NCBI RefSeq assembly: GCF_044704955.1 | Contig: NC_091979.1 | Coordinates: forward strand, 232,004,001-232,068,000 | Direction: 5' to 3' | Source of the DNA: Pristiophorus japonicus | Taxonomy: Eukaryota | DNA length: 64,000 nucleotides | Shown here: piece after piece, positions 1 to 11,149 of the stretch | Position numbering within the stretch: position 1 is the first letter of the stretch | Layout: each line of letters begins with the position of its first letter | The notes under the pieces: generated by a model | What the model saw: the letters and a program-made list of their open reading frames with translations, nothing else | What the model was told of the DNA's origin: nothing | The model's database searches: none | Translations under genes and position numbers: made by a program

Positions 1-678
1 CAACAGCCAGGCAGAACGGGCAGCAAAGCTTGAAACGTGTATCGGAAGACTCTCTGCAGATCCGGTTGTCCCGAGTACTGCTCAGCTACCGCACCAGACC
101 TCCCTCGCTCAGAGTTTCCCCCAGCTGAGCTGCTCATGAAAAGGGCACTTTAAACAAGGCTCTCTCTCTGGTCCACCCTGATCTACATGATCACGTGGAG
201 GACAAGCGGCATCAACAGAGTGTGTACCATGACCGCGCAAACTTGTCACACAATATTGAGATCAATGATCCTGTATTTGTGCTCAATTATGGACATGGTC
301 CCAAATGGCTCGCTGGCACGGTCACAGCCAAAGAGGGGAGATGGGTGTTTCAGGTCAAACCGACAATGGACAAACGCACAGAAAACACTTGGACCAAATT
401 AAACTGCGGTTCACCAACAGCTATGTACAACCTGAAGAGGACACCACTAACTTTGACCCTCCAACACACACACAAGTGGCAGCTGACATCACAGTTGACC
501 ACGAAACAGAACTCATCATCTCCAGCAGCCCGGCAAGGCTGGCTGCCCAACAGCCCAGTGAAGAACTGACTACCTTACCCACACCAGCATTTGTACTGAG
601 ACGATCGACAAGGGAGCGCAAAGCCCCAGATCGTCTCACCTTGTAAATAAATGTACTGTTGACTTCACGGGGGAGTGA
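1..678 (+). mobile_element. Gypsy/Ty3 LTR retrotransposon, degenerate 3' end of pol (integrase C-terminus) plus polypurine tract
   Basis: Frameshifted integrase-like peptides (RVLLSYRTRP; PAELLMKR; VFVLNYGHGPKWLAGTV; RKHLDQIK; LRRSTRERKAPDRL). GGGGGAG PPT at ~669-675 directly before the LTR. Confidence 0.88.
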
Positions 679-901
679 TGTTATGTACTTAACCCATTGT
701 AACCTTGTAACCTGCATCACACCTGACCACCAGAGGGCCTACCGGTTGGAGTGCCAAGGGATCCCAGCATTCCTTGGGCGTACGGCATATAAACAGGCCA
801 CCCACGAGGTATCTGCACTCTGGAACTATAATAAAGGAGCTAAGGTCACACTTGCTCATTACACACAGTACTCAGTCTGACCATTTATTATGAGTGTAAT
901 A
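679..901 (+). mobile_element. 3' LTR of the Gypsy element
   Basis: Starts TGTTAT after the PPT; TATAAA ~788 and AATAAA 830-835; ends TGAGTGTAATA. Clearly homologous to the LTR at 61521-61720, which ends TGAGCATAACA. Confidence 0.85.
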
Positions 902-1020
902 CTTAACAAGCACTGAAAGGGAAAGAGGATGAAAGAACAAAAGGGAAGGTCTTTGATGGGTTGGAAGACCGGAGAGATCAGCGAGACAAAGGGGATGATG
1001 CCCCAAATTCAAACGGTAAT

Positions 1021-1075
1021 CCAGCATTTTCTGTTTTTATTCCAGATTCCAGCATCCGCAGTATTTTGCTTTTAT
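1021..1075. mobile_element. Short interspersed repeat fragment, possibly Penelope-type terminal repeat
   Basis: CCAGCATTTTCTGTTTTT also occurs in reverse complement at 18561-18580. Family name is from recollection only. Confidence 0.4.
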
Positions 1076-1077
1076 AG

Positions 1078-2475
1078 AAGTACTTTTGGAGTGTAGTCAC
1101 TGTTGTAATGTGGAAAACGCGGCAGCCAACTTGCGCACAGCAAGCTCCCACACACAGCAATGTGATGATGACCAGATAATCTAGTTTTGTTATGTTGATT
1201 GAGAGATAAATATTGGCCAGGATCTTGCGGAGACATTGTTGGTGATATTTCTCCAGCGACTTGAGGTGTCTACTGTACATGGTCCACGTCTCTGAGCCAT
1301 ACAGGAGGGCAGGTATTACTACGGCCCTGTAGACCATGAGCTTGGTGGCAGTTTTGAGGGACTGATCTTCAAACACTCCTTTCCTCAGGTGGCTGAGTTG
1401 TGCACTGGAGGCAGTGTTGGATCTCATCATCAATGCCTGCTCTTGTTGATAGGAGGCTTCCGAGATAGGGAAAGTGGTCCACGTTCTCCAGGACCACGCC
1501 GTGGATCTTGATGTTTGGGGGGCAGTGCTGTGCGGCGAGGACAGGCTGGTGGAGGACTATTGTCTTAGTAATGTTTAGCGTAAGGCCCATGCTTTCATAC
1601 GCCTCGGTAAATGCGTCGACTATGTCCTGGAGTTCAGCCTCTGTGTGTGCACAGACGCAGGCGTCGTCCGCGTACTGTAGCTCGACGACAGAGGTTGGAG
1701 TGGTACTGCAAATCCCCTGGGAGGACAGACGCACAAACATTAGCGTCCTTGTCCAGGCCAACATCCCCAGCATTGAAGCACTGACCATGCTTGATGATCT
1801 CCGCTGGGCAGGCCACATAGTTCGCATGCCAGACACGAGACTCCCAAAGCAAGCGCTCTACTCGGAACTCGTCCATGGCAAACGAGCCAAAGGCGGGCAG
1901 AAGAAATGTTACAAGGACACCCTCAAAGCCTCCCTGATAAAGTGCGACATCCCCACTGACACTTGGGAGTCCTTGGCCATAGACCGCTGTAAGTGGAGGA
2001 AGTGCATTCGGGAGGGCACTGAGCACCTCGTATCGTCGCCGAGAACATGCAGAAATCAAGCGCAGGCAGCGGAAGGAACGTGCGGCAAACCAGGCTCCCC
2101 GCCCATCCTTCCCTTCAACCACTGTCTGTCCCACCTGTGAAAGAGACTGTGGTTCTCCTTTTGGACTGTACAGCCACCTAAGAACTCATGCTAAGAGTGG
2201 AAGCAAGTCTTCCTTGATCCCGAGGGACTGCCTATGATGATGAAATATTGGCCAGGATAACTCCCCTGCTCTTCTACAAAATAGTACCATGGGATCTTTT
2301 ACCTCCACCTGAGAGGGCAGAAGTTTAACATCTCATCTGAAAGACGGCACCTCCGGCAGTGCAGCACTGGGAGTGTCAGCCTAGATTTATGTGCTAAAGT
2401 TCCCGGTGTGGGACTTGAACCCACAACCTTCTGACTCTGACTTGAGAGTGCTGCCCACTGAGCCACAGCTGACAC
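1078..2475 (-). mobile_element. Deu-domain tRNA-SINE (SacSINE1-like) split by an RTE insertion (pieces 1078-1223 and 2243-2475)
   Basis: GGGATCTTTTAC-TCCACCTGAGAGGGCAG Deu core, reverse tRNA B-box GGACTTGAACCC, many paralogues in the window. Confidence 0.85.
1224..2242 (+). mobile_element. 5'-truncated RTE-clade LINE with inverted 5' segment (1224-~1705 minus, ~1706-2242 plus)
   Basis: RT motif LQYADD on minus; C-terminal LRWAGHIVRMPDTRLPKQ on plus; (ATG)n tail; 16-bp TSD AAATATTGGCCAGGAT at 1208-1223 and 2243-2258. Confidence 0.92.
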
Positions 2476-2744
2476 TGACCCAAGGAACATTGCCTCCGAT
2501 CCTGCTTCACCTGAAGACGGTGTTTTGTCTTGACTCCCCGTGTGGAAGTGCCGCAGGAGATCGACTGGCACTCCTCTCGCTGTTCACCTCCCCGACTGAA
2601 AATACATTTCTCACCTAGGTTTCCTTGCTCTTTCTCTTGTTTCTTTAAACGGTGAATGCTGTACGGATTGTAGTGGAGAAATAGTAAGCCTGGTTGCTGG
2701 CTGAGGGGAATTGCTGAGCCCGACAGTGTGAGGAAGCCAGATTA

Positions 2745-3143
2745 ACATCATAGCATTATACACCACAGATGGAGGCCATTTGGCCACCATGCCTGTGACC
2801 ACTCTTTGAAAGAGCTATTCAATTAGTCCCATTCCCCCTCTCTTTCCCCCAGATCGTAACAACTCGCTGCGTAAAGAACAACTCCTCATCTCCCCCTCTG
2901 GTTCTTTTGCCAATTCTCTTAACTCTGTGTCTTCTGGGTTACTGGCCCTTCTGCCAGTGGAAACAGTTTCTCCCTATCTACTCTTATCAAAACCCTTCAT
3001 ACTTTTGAACACCTCTATTAAATCTTCCCTTAATCTTCTTTGCTCGAAGGAGAACAATCCCAGCCTCTCCAGTCTCTCCACATAACTGAAGACCCTCATC
3101 CCGGAACCATTCTGGTAACTCTCCTCTGCACCCTCTCCAAGGC
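2745..3143 (-). mobile_element. CR1 LINE 3' fragment
   Basis: GGAGGCCATTTGGCC 3'UTR stem and CR1 ORF2 C-terminal sequence shared with other copies (e.g. 40815-41250). Confidence 0.75.
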
Positions 3144-3488
3144 CGGTAGAAATGCAATCAGTAACACAGGGTACCGGCTGGGACGAGTTGCTGACTCAAA
3201 CCGTGTGAGAGAGCTGGGTTAAGATCAGCGCAGACGATGTGCTTGATGGCCAAGTGGGTTAAGACACCAGGTATAGGTTAACAGTGCCTTACAAATCCAG
3301 GTTCCACTTTCCCTATTTTTAGCTAGGGAAGTAATTGGGATGCTACAGTCTAGCAGTGGGCTGGTCGGACTGAAAATATCAGCCAAGATTTCTGCTTCTG
3401 GTCATTGCCTTCAGCCTGTATGTGTGTGTGTGTTCAGAATACCTTCAGGCTGAGCAGTGAGCACCCTATGGTTGAAGAGGGTACCAAC

Positions 3489-3631
3489 CAATGTTCCCTC
3501 TAAGCTGCGCGGTCACACAGCTGTGTACTGGTCCCATGCAGCCCGGGACCGGCAATTCCATACATGCGTGAAACTGACTGGGTCGTGCAGCCCATTAAAG
3601 GGGCCATGCCCAAAAAAAGAATTGGAACATT
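3489..3631. mobile_element. Degenerate hAT-type MITE
   Basis: Begins with the family TIR CAATGTTCCCTCTAAGCTGCGC; right end poorly defined. Confidence 0.5.
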
Positions 3632-4034
3632 CTGACCATTTGACCAACACACGCGTATGGGTGAGGGCTGCCATGATTGGTTGACTTAATCCACCTAGAG
3701 TGGAGAAGAGGGCAACAAAACATTTGTTTTTAAAGTGGGTGTGTCTGAGCACTAGAATCAAGCTGGTTGTCCAGGAGCAGAGACCAAGAACAACCTCTTG
3801 AGAATCGTCCAGAGGTGGCCCAGAAAATGAGGGCGGAGCACGTGTGACAAGATGGCAGCTTGTGAACTGCAGCATTTTTAATGGAGGAAGGAACTGGAGG
3901 AGGGTTTAAAACCCCTCCTTCCTGCTTATCCAATCCCTTGGCTTCAGTGGATAGCTGTGCACAAAATAAGAACTGGCTAATCTGTTCTTGCAGCACCTGT
4001 GTCCGAGAGTACATAGGAGGATCTTTCCAGTAAA

Positions 4035-4451
4035 GTTGGCTTTGGTCGATGGTAGCATTCTTGCCTCTGGGTTCGAAGGTTGTGGCTCACAGCCCTACTC
4101 CGGGAGTTTGAGCTCATTATCTAGGCTGGCACTCCAGTGCAGCACTAAGGGCGATACAGTACTGCATTATCCGAGTCGGGTGAGATATTTAAACCAAGAT
4201 CTTGCTTTCCCGTTGGACTTTAAAGATCCCATGGCACTATTTGAAGACATGACATGCAGGGAGTTCTTCTGATTTCCTGGCCATTGTTACACCCTCAGCC
4301 AACTGGTCCTTTGTCTCGTTGCTGCCTGTGGGATCTTGCTGTGTGTAAAATGGCTGCTGCACTTGCCTACATAACAACAGTGACTGAACGTCAAAGCAAT
4401 TCATCTCTGTGAAGCACTTTGAGATGTTTGAGAGGTGTGCTAATTAATGCA
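4035..4451 (+). mobile_element. Deu-domain tRNA-SINE, diverged
   Basis: tRNA-like head, AAAGATCCCATGGCACTATTTGAAG core, L2-like tail. Confidence 0.8.
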
Positions 4452-4774
4452 CATTGGGGCCCGGGAGAGGCGTGAGTTCGGGGCCCAGCAGAGGCGAGGG
4501 CCCAGGGGCAGCACGGACCAGCCCACACTGCGATATGTGTGCACATTAGGTCCGTGCAGCAGAGCAGGTCTCCAGTCGTCTTGGTTAATCCTTGCCACTG
4601 GACCAAGACCTAGCTCTGTCTTTAAAAAAAAAAAAATCCACGCACAGGCATCTTCCACCCTTCAAGATTTCGTTGGAGACCTGGAATTTTAGATCTCTCA
4701 TTGAAACACCTGTGAACTTTTTGACATGGAAGCAAGTCATCCTCGATTCGAGGGACTGCCTATGATGATGCTGA
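4452..4774 (+). mobile_element. Non-autonomous retroposon with RTE 3' tail
   Basis: Ends GGAAGCAAGTCATCCTCGATTCGAGGGACTGCCTATGATGATG like the RTE copies; body is non-coding; imperfect TSD TAATTAATGCA (4441-4451) / TAATAAATGCA (4775-4785). Confidence 0.75.
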
Positions 4775-5702
4775 TAATAAATGCAGGCCTTTACTGAGGG
4801 TTACGGAATGGTATTGGGTTATATTACACATTCAGTGTGGCATCCGAATCACTGGGCAAGTGCAGAGCGTGCTGGAAACACACCGGGTCAGGTGGCACCA
4901 GGGGATAGGACAAAGGGGTTAACGTTTCTAGTGTGGCCCTTCCTCCGTTCTATCCACAGACCCTTCCTGACCGGCATGTGCATTTGGGCATTTTGCTGCT
5001 GTTGTTTTGGATTTCTGGCACTATGCGGAGTATTGCTTTCCATTTGTTGGACTCGCGCGTGATGCTGTGCGATGATCAAGGTTGCAGAGTAATGTAGCAC
5101 GAGGAAAAAGTTGGAGTCTGAACTTTCATTGGATGAAATGCTGCCTGATGTGAGGATTACAGAGCAGTCTATGACACAAATGTGGGCACAACCATCTTTG
5201 CAACAACCCATTTATTTAAAAAAAACTGTGTGTGTGTAACCGTCAGCTGAATGGGAGATGGTGAATAGTTATATTGGAGAAGCCATCCCCTCGCTGGTGA
5301 TGTGGACACTTGTTTGGTGCCCATCTGGTGAACTGCGGTGACAGTAAGGATGATGCACACACTCGCTCAGCCGTGCTGAGTGTCTCAAATGGAATCTGTG
5401 TTCTAAGATAACAGTGCATGCTTAACGGCAGTAAATCTGGGATTCCCCGGCACATTGATGTGACCACCTGCACTGCCGGCTCGTGTCGTCAGTAACCCGC
5501 TGTCTCCAAAGTATCCTCCTCAGATGTTGAACCTCAACCTACATGTGGGCTGTGAGGGGCTGGTGGTGTGTGTGTGTGTGTGTGTGTGTGTTCTCCCTGT
5601 CTTTTGAAGGAGGCCATTTCGATTATTTTTTTGGGGGGTAGCACGTGACTCCTCCCTATTGCGGTGAGTTCACTGCGCCAGGGAGAGCTGTAATAACACT
5701 CT

Positions 5703-6156
5703 AGGAGCTCGACACCATCCAGGACAAAGCAATCCGCCTGATCACCACTTCGCCCACTGGCTTAAACATTCACTCCCTCCACCACCGGCGCACCGTGGCT
5801 GCAGTGTGCACCATCTACAGAATACACTGCAGCAACTCGCCAAGGCTTCTTTGGCAACAACTCCCAAACCCGCGACCTCTACCACCTAGAAGGACAAGGC
5901 CAGCAGGTATGTGGGAGCACCACCACCTCCAAGCTTCTCCCACACCCCGCCCCAACTTAGACCTATATCGGCTGCTCTTTCATCGTCGCTGAGTCAAAAT
6001 TCTGCAACTCCTGACCGAACAGCCCTGTGGGAGCACCTTCACCGCATGGACTGCAGTGGTTCAAGAAGGCGGTTCACCGCCACCTTCTCAAGGGCAATTA
6101 GGGATGGGCAATAAATGCCGGCCTTGCCAGCGATGCTCACATCCCGTGAATGAATT
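5703..6156 (+). mobile_element. Non-LTR retrotransposon 3' end (CR1/L2 group, Zenon-like)
   Basis: LDTIQDKAIRLI...IHSLHHRRTVAAVCTIYRIHCSNSPRLL resembles a post-RT region; tail GGGCAATAAATGCC...TGAATGAAT. Confidence 0.7.
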
Positions 6157-6462
6157 TGAAACGCACATTGTGGAATGGAGCCACACAGACCAGGAATATT
6201 CATCTTGCATTCCCAGAGATGAACTGATGCCGTGTGCAATTCCTGTCAATGCATATCATTCAAACACTCCCAGGGCAGGTATGGCACAGGTTAGAAACAG
6301 ACTAAAGCTCCCTCTACACTGCCCTGGGAGTGTTTGATGGGACAGTGCAGAGCTCGCTCGCTCGCTCTCTCTCTCGCGCTCCCTTTCTCTCTCTCTCGCG
6401 CTCCCTTTCTCTCTCTTCTCTCTCGCGCTCCCTTTCTCTCTCGCGCTCCCTTTCTCTCTCGC

Positions 6463-6593
6463 NNNNNNNNNNNNNNNNNNNNNNNNNNNNNNNNNNNNNN
6501 NNNNNNNNNNNNNNNNNNNNNNNNNNNNNNNNNNNNNNNNNNNNNNNNNNNNNNNNNNNNNNNNNNNNNNNNNNNNNNNNNNNNNNNNNNNNN
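6463..6593. other. Assembly gap (131 N)
   Basis: N run. Confidence 0.99.
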
Positions 6594-9500
6594 TTTCTCG
6601 CTCCCGCTCCCTTCCTTGCTCCCTTTCTCTTTCTCGCTCCCTTGCTCTCTCTCTCTCGCTCCCTTGCTCTCTCGATCCCTTTCTCTCTCTCGCTCCCTTT
6701 CTCTCTCTCTCGCTCCCTTTCTCTCTCTCTCGCTCCCTTTCTCTCTCTCTCTCGCTCCCTTTCTCTCTCTCTCTCTCGCTCCCTTTCTCTCTCGCTCCCT
6801 TTCTCTCGCTCCCTTTCTCTCGCTCCCTTTCTCTCGCTCCCTTTCTCTCTCTCTCGCTCCCTTTCTCTCGCTCCCTTTCTCTCTCGCTCGCTTCCTCTCT
6901 CGCTCACTTTCTCTCTCTCGCTCCCTTTCTCTCGCTCCCTTTCTCTCTCTCACGCTCCCTTTCTCTCTCTCACGCTCCCTTTCTCTCTCTCACGCTCCCT
7001 TTCTCTCTCACACGTTCCCTTTCTCTCTCTCACGCTCCCTTTCTCTCTCGCTCCCTTTCTCTCTCGCTCCCTTTCTCTCTCGCTCCCTTTCTCTCTCTCG
7101 CTCCCTTTCTCTCTCTCGCTCCCTTTCTCTCTCTCTCTCCTTCTCTCTCTCTCTCTCGCTCCCTTTCTCTCTCTTTCGCTTCCTCTCTCGCTCCCTTTCT
7201 CTCTCTCGCTCTCGCTCCCCTTCTGTCCCTCTCTCTCGCTCCCTTTCTTTCTCTCTCGCTCCCTTTCTCTCTCTCTCGCTCCCCTTCTCTCTCTCTCTCT
7301 CTCTCGCTCCCCTTCTCTCTCTCTCGCTCCCCTTCTCTCTCGCTCCCCTTCTCTCTCGCTCCCTTTCTCTCTCGCTCCCTTTCTCTCTTGCTCCCTTTCT
7401 CTCTCGCTCCCTTTCTCTCTCGCTCCCTTTCTCTCTCGCTCCCTTTCTCTCTCGCTCCCCTTCTCTCTCGCTCCCCTTCTCTCTCGCTCCCTTTCTCTCT
7501 CGCTCCCTTTCTCTCTCGCTCCCTTTCTCTCTCGCTCCCTTTCTCTCTCGCTCCCCTTCTCTCTCGCTCCCCTTCTCTCTCGCTCCCTTTCTCTCTCGCT
7601 CCCTTTCTCTCTCGCTCCCTTTCTCTCTCGCTCCCTTTCTCTCTCTCTCGCTCCCTTTCTCTCGCTCCCTCTCTCGCTTCCTCTCTCGCTCCCTTTCTTT
7701 CCCTCCCTCTCTCTTTCGCTCGCTCTCGCTCCCTTTCTCTCGCTCGCGCTCCCTTTCTCTCTCGCTCGCGCTCCCTTTCTCTCTCTCGCGCGCTCCCTTT
7801 CTCTCGCACTCCCCCTTTCTCTCTCTCGCGCTCCCTTTCTCTCTCGCTCTCCCTTTCTCTCTCGCTCTCCCTTTCTCTCTCGCTCTCCCTTTCTCTCTCG
7901 CTCTCCCTTTCTCTCTCGCTCTCCCTTTCTCTCTCTCTCGCTCCCTTTCTCTCTCTGGCACCCTTTCTCTCGCTCTCTGGCTCCCTTTCTCTCTCTCGCT
8001 CCCTTTCTCTCTCTCGCTCCCTTTCTCTCTCTCGCTCCCTTTCTCTCTCGCTCTCCCTTTCTCTCTCGCTCTCCCTTTCTCTCTCGCTCTCCCTTTCTCT
8101 CTCGCTCTCCCTTTCTCTCTCGCTCTCCCTTTCTCTCTCGCTCTCCCTTTCTCTCTCGCTCTCCCTTTCTCTCTCGCTCTCCCTTTCTCTCTCGCTCTCC
8201 CTTTCTCTCTCGCTCTCCCTTTCTCTCTCGCTCTCCCTTTCTCTCTCGCTCTCCCTTTCTCTCTCGCTCTCCCTTTCTCTCTCGCTCTCCCTTTCTCTCT
8301 CGCTCTCCCTTTCTCTCTCGCTCTCCCTTTCTCTCTCGCTCTCCCTTTCTCTCTCTCTCGCTCCCTTTCTCTCTCTGGCACCCTTTCTCTCGCTCTCTGG
8401 CTCCCTTTCTCTCGCTCCCTTTCTCTCTCTCGCTCCCTTTCTCTCTCGCGCTCCCTTTCTCTCTCACGCTCCATTTCTCTCTCTCGCTCCCTTTCTCTCT
8501 CTCGCTCCCTCTCTCTCTCTCGCTCCCTCTCTCTCTCGCTCCCTCTATCTCTCTCTCTCGCTCCCTCTATCTCTCTCTCTCGCTCCCTCTATCTCTCTCT
8601 CGCGCTCCCTCTATCTCTATCTCTCTCGCCCCCTCTATATCTCTATCTCTCTCGCTCCCTCTATCTCTCTCTCTCTCTCGCTCCCTCTATCTCTCTCTCT
8701 CGCTCCCTCTATCTCTATCTCTCTCTCGCTCCCTCTATCTCTATCTCTCTCTCGCTCCCTCTATATCTCTATCTCTCTCGCTCCCTCTATCTCTCTCTCT
8801 CTCTCGCTCCCTCTATCTCTCTCTCTCGCTCCCTCTATCTCTATCTCTCTCTCGCTCCCTCTATCTCTATCTCTCTCTCGCTCCCTCTATCTCCCTCTCT
8901 CTTTCTCATGCTCCCTTTCTCTCTCTCTCTCTCTCTCGCTCCCTCTCTCTCTCTCTCGCTCCCTTTCTCTCTCTCTCGCTCCCTTTCTCTCTCTCACGCT
9001 CCCTTTCTCTCTCTCACGCTCCCTTTCTCTCTCTCACGCTCCCTTTCTCTCTCTCACGCTCCCTTTCTCTCTCTCACGCTCCCTTTCTCTCTCTCACGCT
9101 CCCTTTCTCTCTCTCACGCTCCCTTTCTCTCTCTCACGCTCCCTTTCTCTCTCTCACGCTCCCTTTCTCTCTCTCACGCTCCCTTTCTCTCTCTCACGCT
9201 CCCTTTCTCTCTCTCGCTCCCTTTCTCTCTCACGCTCCCTTTCTCTCTCTCACGCTCCCTTTCTCTCTCTCACGCTCCCTTTCTCTCTCTCACGCTCCCT
9301 TTCTCTCTCTCACGCTCCCTTTCTCTCTCTCACGCTCCCTTTCTCTCTCTCTCGCTCCCTTTCTCTCTCTCGCTCCCTTTCTCTCTCTCGCTCCCTTTCT
9401 CTCTCTCGCTCCCTCGCTCTCTCTCGCTCCCTCTCGCTCTCGCTCCCTTTCTCTCTCTTGCTTCCTCGCTCCCTTTCTCTCTCTCTCGCTCCCTTTCTCT

Positions 9501-10918
9501 CTCTCTCGCTCCCTTTCTCTCTCTCTCGCTCCCTTTCTCTCTCTCGCTCCCTTTCTCTCTCTCACTCCCTTTCTCTCTCTCTCTCGCTCTCGCTCCCTTT
9601 CTCGCTCCCTTTCTCTCTCTCTCGCTCCCTTTCTCTCTCTCTCGCTCCCTTTCTCTCTCTCTCGCTCCCTTTCTCTCTCGCTCCCTTTCTCTCTCGCTCC
9701 CTTTCTCTCTCTTTCGCTCCCTCTCTCGCTCCCTCTCTCGCTCCCTCTCTCGCTCCCTCTCTCTCGCTCCCTCTCTCGCTCCCTTTCTTTCCCTCCCTCT
9801 CTTTTTCGCTCGCTCTCGCTCCCTTTCTCTCGCTCGCGCTCCCTTTCTCTCTCGCTCGAGCTCCCTTTCTCTCTCTCTCGCGCTCCCTTTCTCTCTCTCG
9901 CTCTCCCTTTCTCTCTCGCTCTCCCTTTCTCTCTCGCTCTCCCTTTCTCTCTCGCGCTCCCTTTCTCTCTCGCGCTCCCTTTCTCTCTCTCGCTCCCTTT
10001 CTCTCTCTCGCTCCCTTTCTCTCTCTCGCTCCCTTTCTCTCTCTCGCTCCCTTTCTCTCGCTCTCTGGCTCCCTTTCTGGCTCCCTTTCTCTCTCTCGCT
10101 CCCTTTCTCTCTCTCGCTCCCTTTCTCTCTCTCGCTCCCTTTCTCTCTCTCGCTCCCTTTCTCTCTCTCGCTCCCTTTCTCTCTCTCGCTCCCTTTCTCT
10201 CTCTCGCTCCCTCTCTCTCTCGCTCCCTCTATCTCTCTCTCTATCTCTATCTCTCTCTCGCTCCCTCTATCTCTATCTCTCTCTCGCTCCCTCTATCTCT
10301 ATCTCTCTCTCGCTCCCTCTATCTCTATCTCTCTCTCGCTCCCTCTATCTCCCTCTCTCTTTCTCATGCTCCCTTTCTCTCTCTCTCTCACGCTCCCTTT
10401 CTCTCACGCTCACTTTCTCTCTCGCTCCCAATCCCTTTTCGCTCTCCCCCTCCCTGGCTCTCGCCCATCACCCCCTCCCGCCCGCTCGCCCGTCGCTCTC
10501 GCTCACACTCACTTTCTCTCGCGCTCTCTTTCTCTCTAGCTCCCTTTCACTCCCTTTCTCTCTCTCGCTCTCTCTCGTGCCCTTTCTCTCGCTCTCTCGC
10601 ATCCTTTTCTCTCTCTCGCTCCCTGTCTCAACCTCTCTCTCGCTCCCTGTCTCACCCTCTCTCTCGCTCCCTGTCTCACCCTCTCTCTCGCTCCCTGTCT
10701 CACCCTCACTCTCGCTCCCTGTCGCTCCCTTTCTCTCGCTCCCTGTCTCGCACCCTTTCTCTCGCTCCCTTTCTCCGTCTCTCGCTGGTTCGCTCGCTCG
10801 CTTTCTCTCGCTCGCTTTCTCTTTCTCGCTCGCTTTCGCTTTCTCTTTCTCGCTCGCTTTCTCTTTCTCTCTCTCTCGCTTTCTCTCTCTCTCGCTTTCT
10901 CTCTCTCACTCGCTCCCT

Positions 10919-11149
10919 NNNNNNNNNNNNNNNNNNNNNNNNNNNNNNNNNNNNNNNNNNNNNNNNNNNNNNNNNNNNNNNNNNNNNNNNNNNNNNNNNN
11001 NNNNNNNNNNNNNNNNNNNNNNNNNNNNNNNNNNNNNNNNNNNNNNNNNNNNNNNNNNNNNNNNNNNNNNNNNNNNNNNNNNNNNNNNNNNNNNNNNNNN
11101 NNNNNNNNNNNNNNNNNNNNNNNNNNNNNNNNNNNNNNNNNNNNNNNNN
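10919..11149. other. Assembly gap (231 N)
   Basis: N run. Confidence 0.99.

Noticed and set aside
2400-2475. tRNA-like sequences (also ~17410-17480 and ~59355-59427)
   Set aside because: SINE heads attached to Deu cores; no complete cloverleaf.
5610-5663. Possible 54-bp exon after a (TG)n tract (GAAG acceptor, GCG|GTGAGT donor)
   Set aside because: Weak acceptor and homopolymer runs; not enough support.
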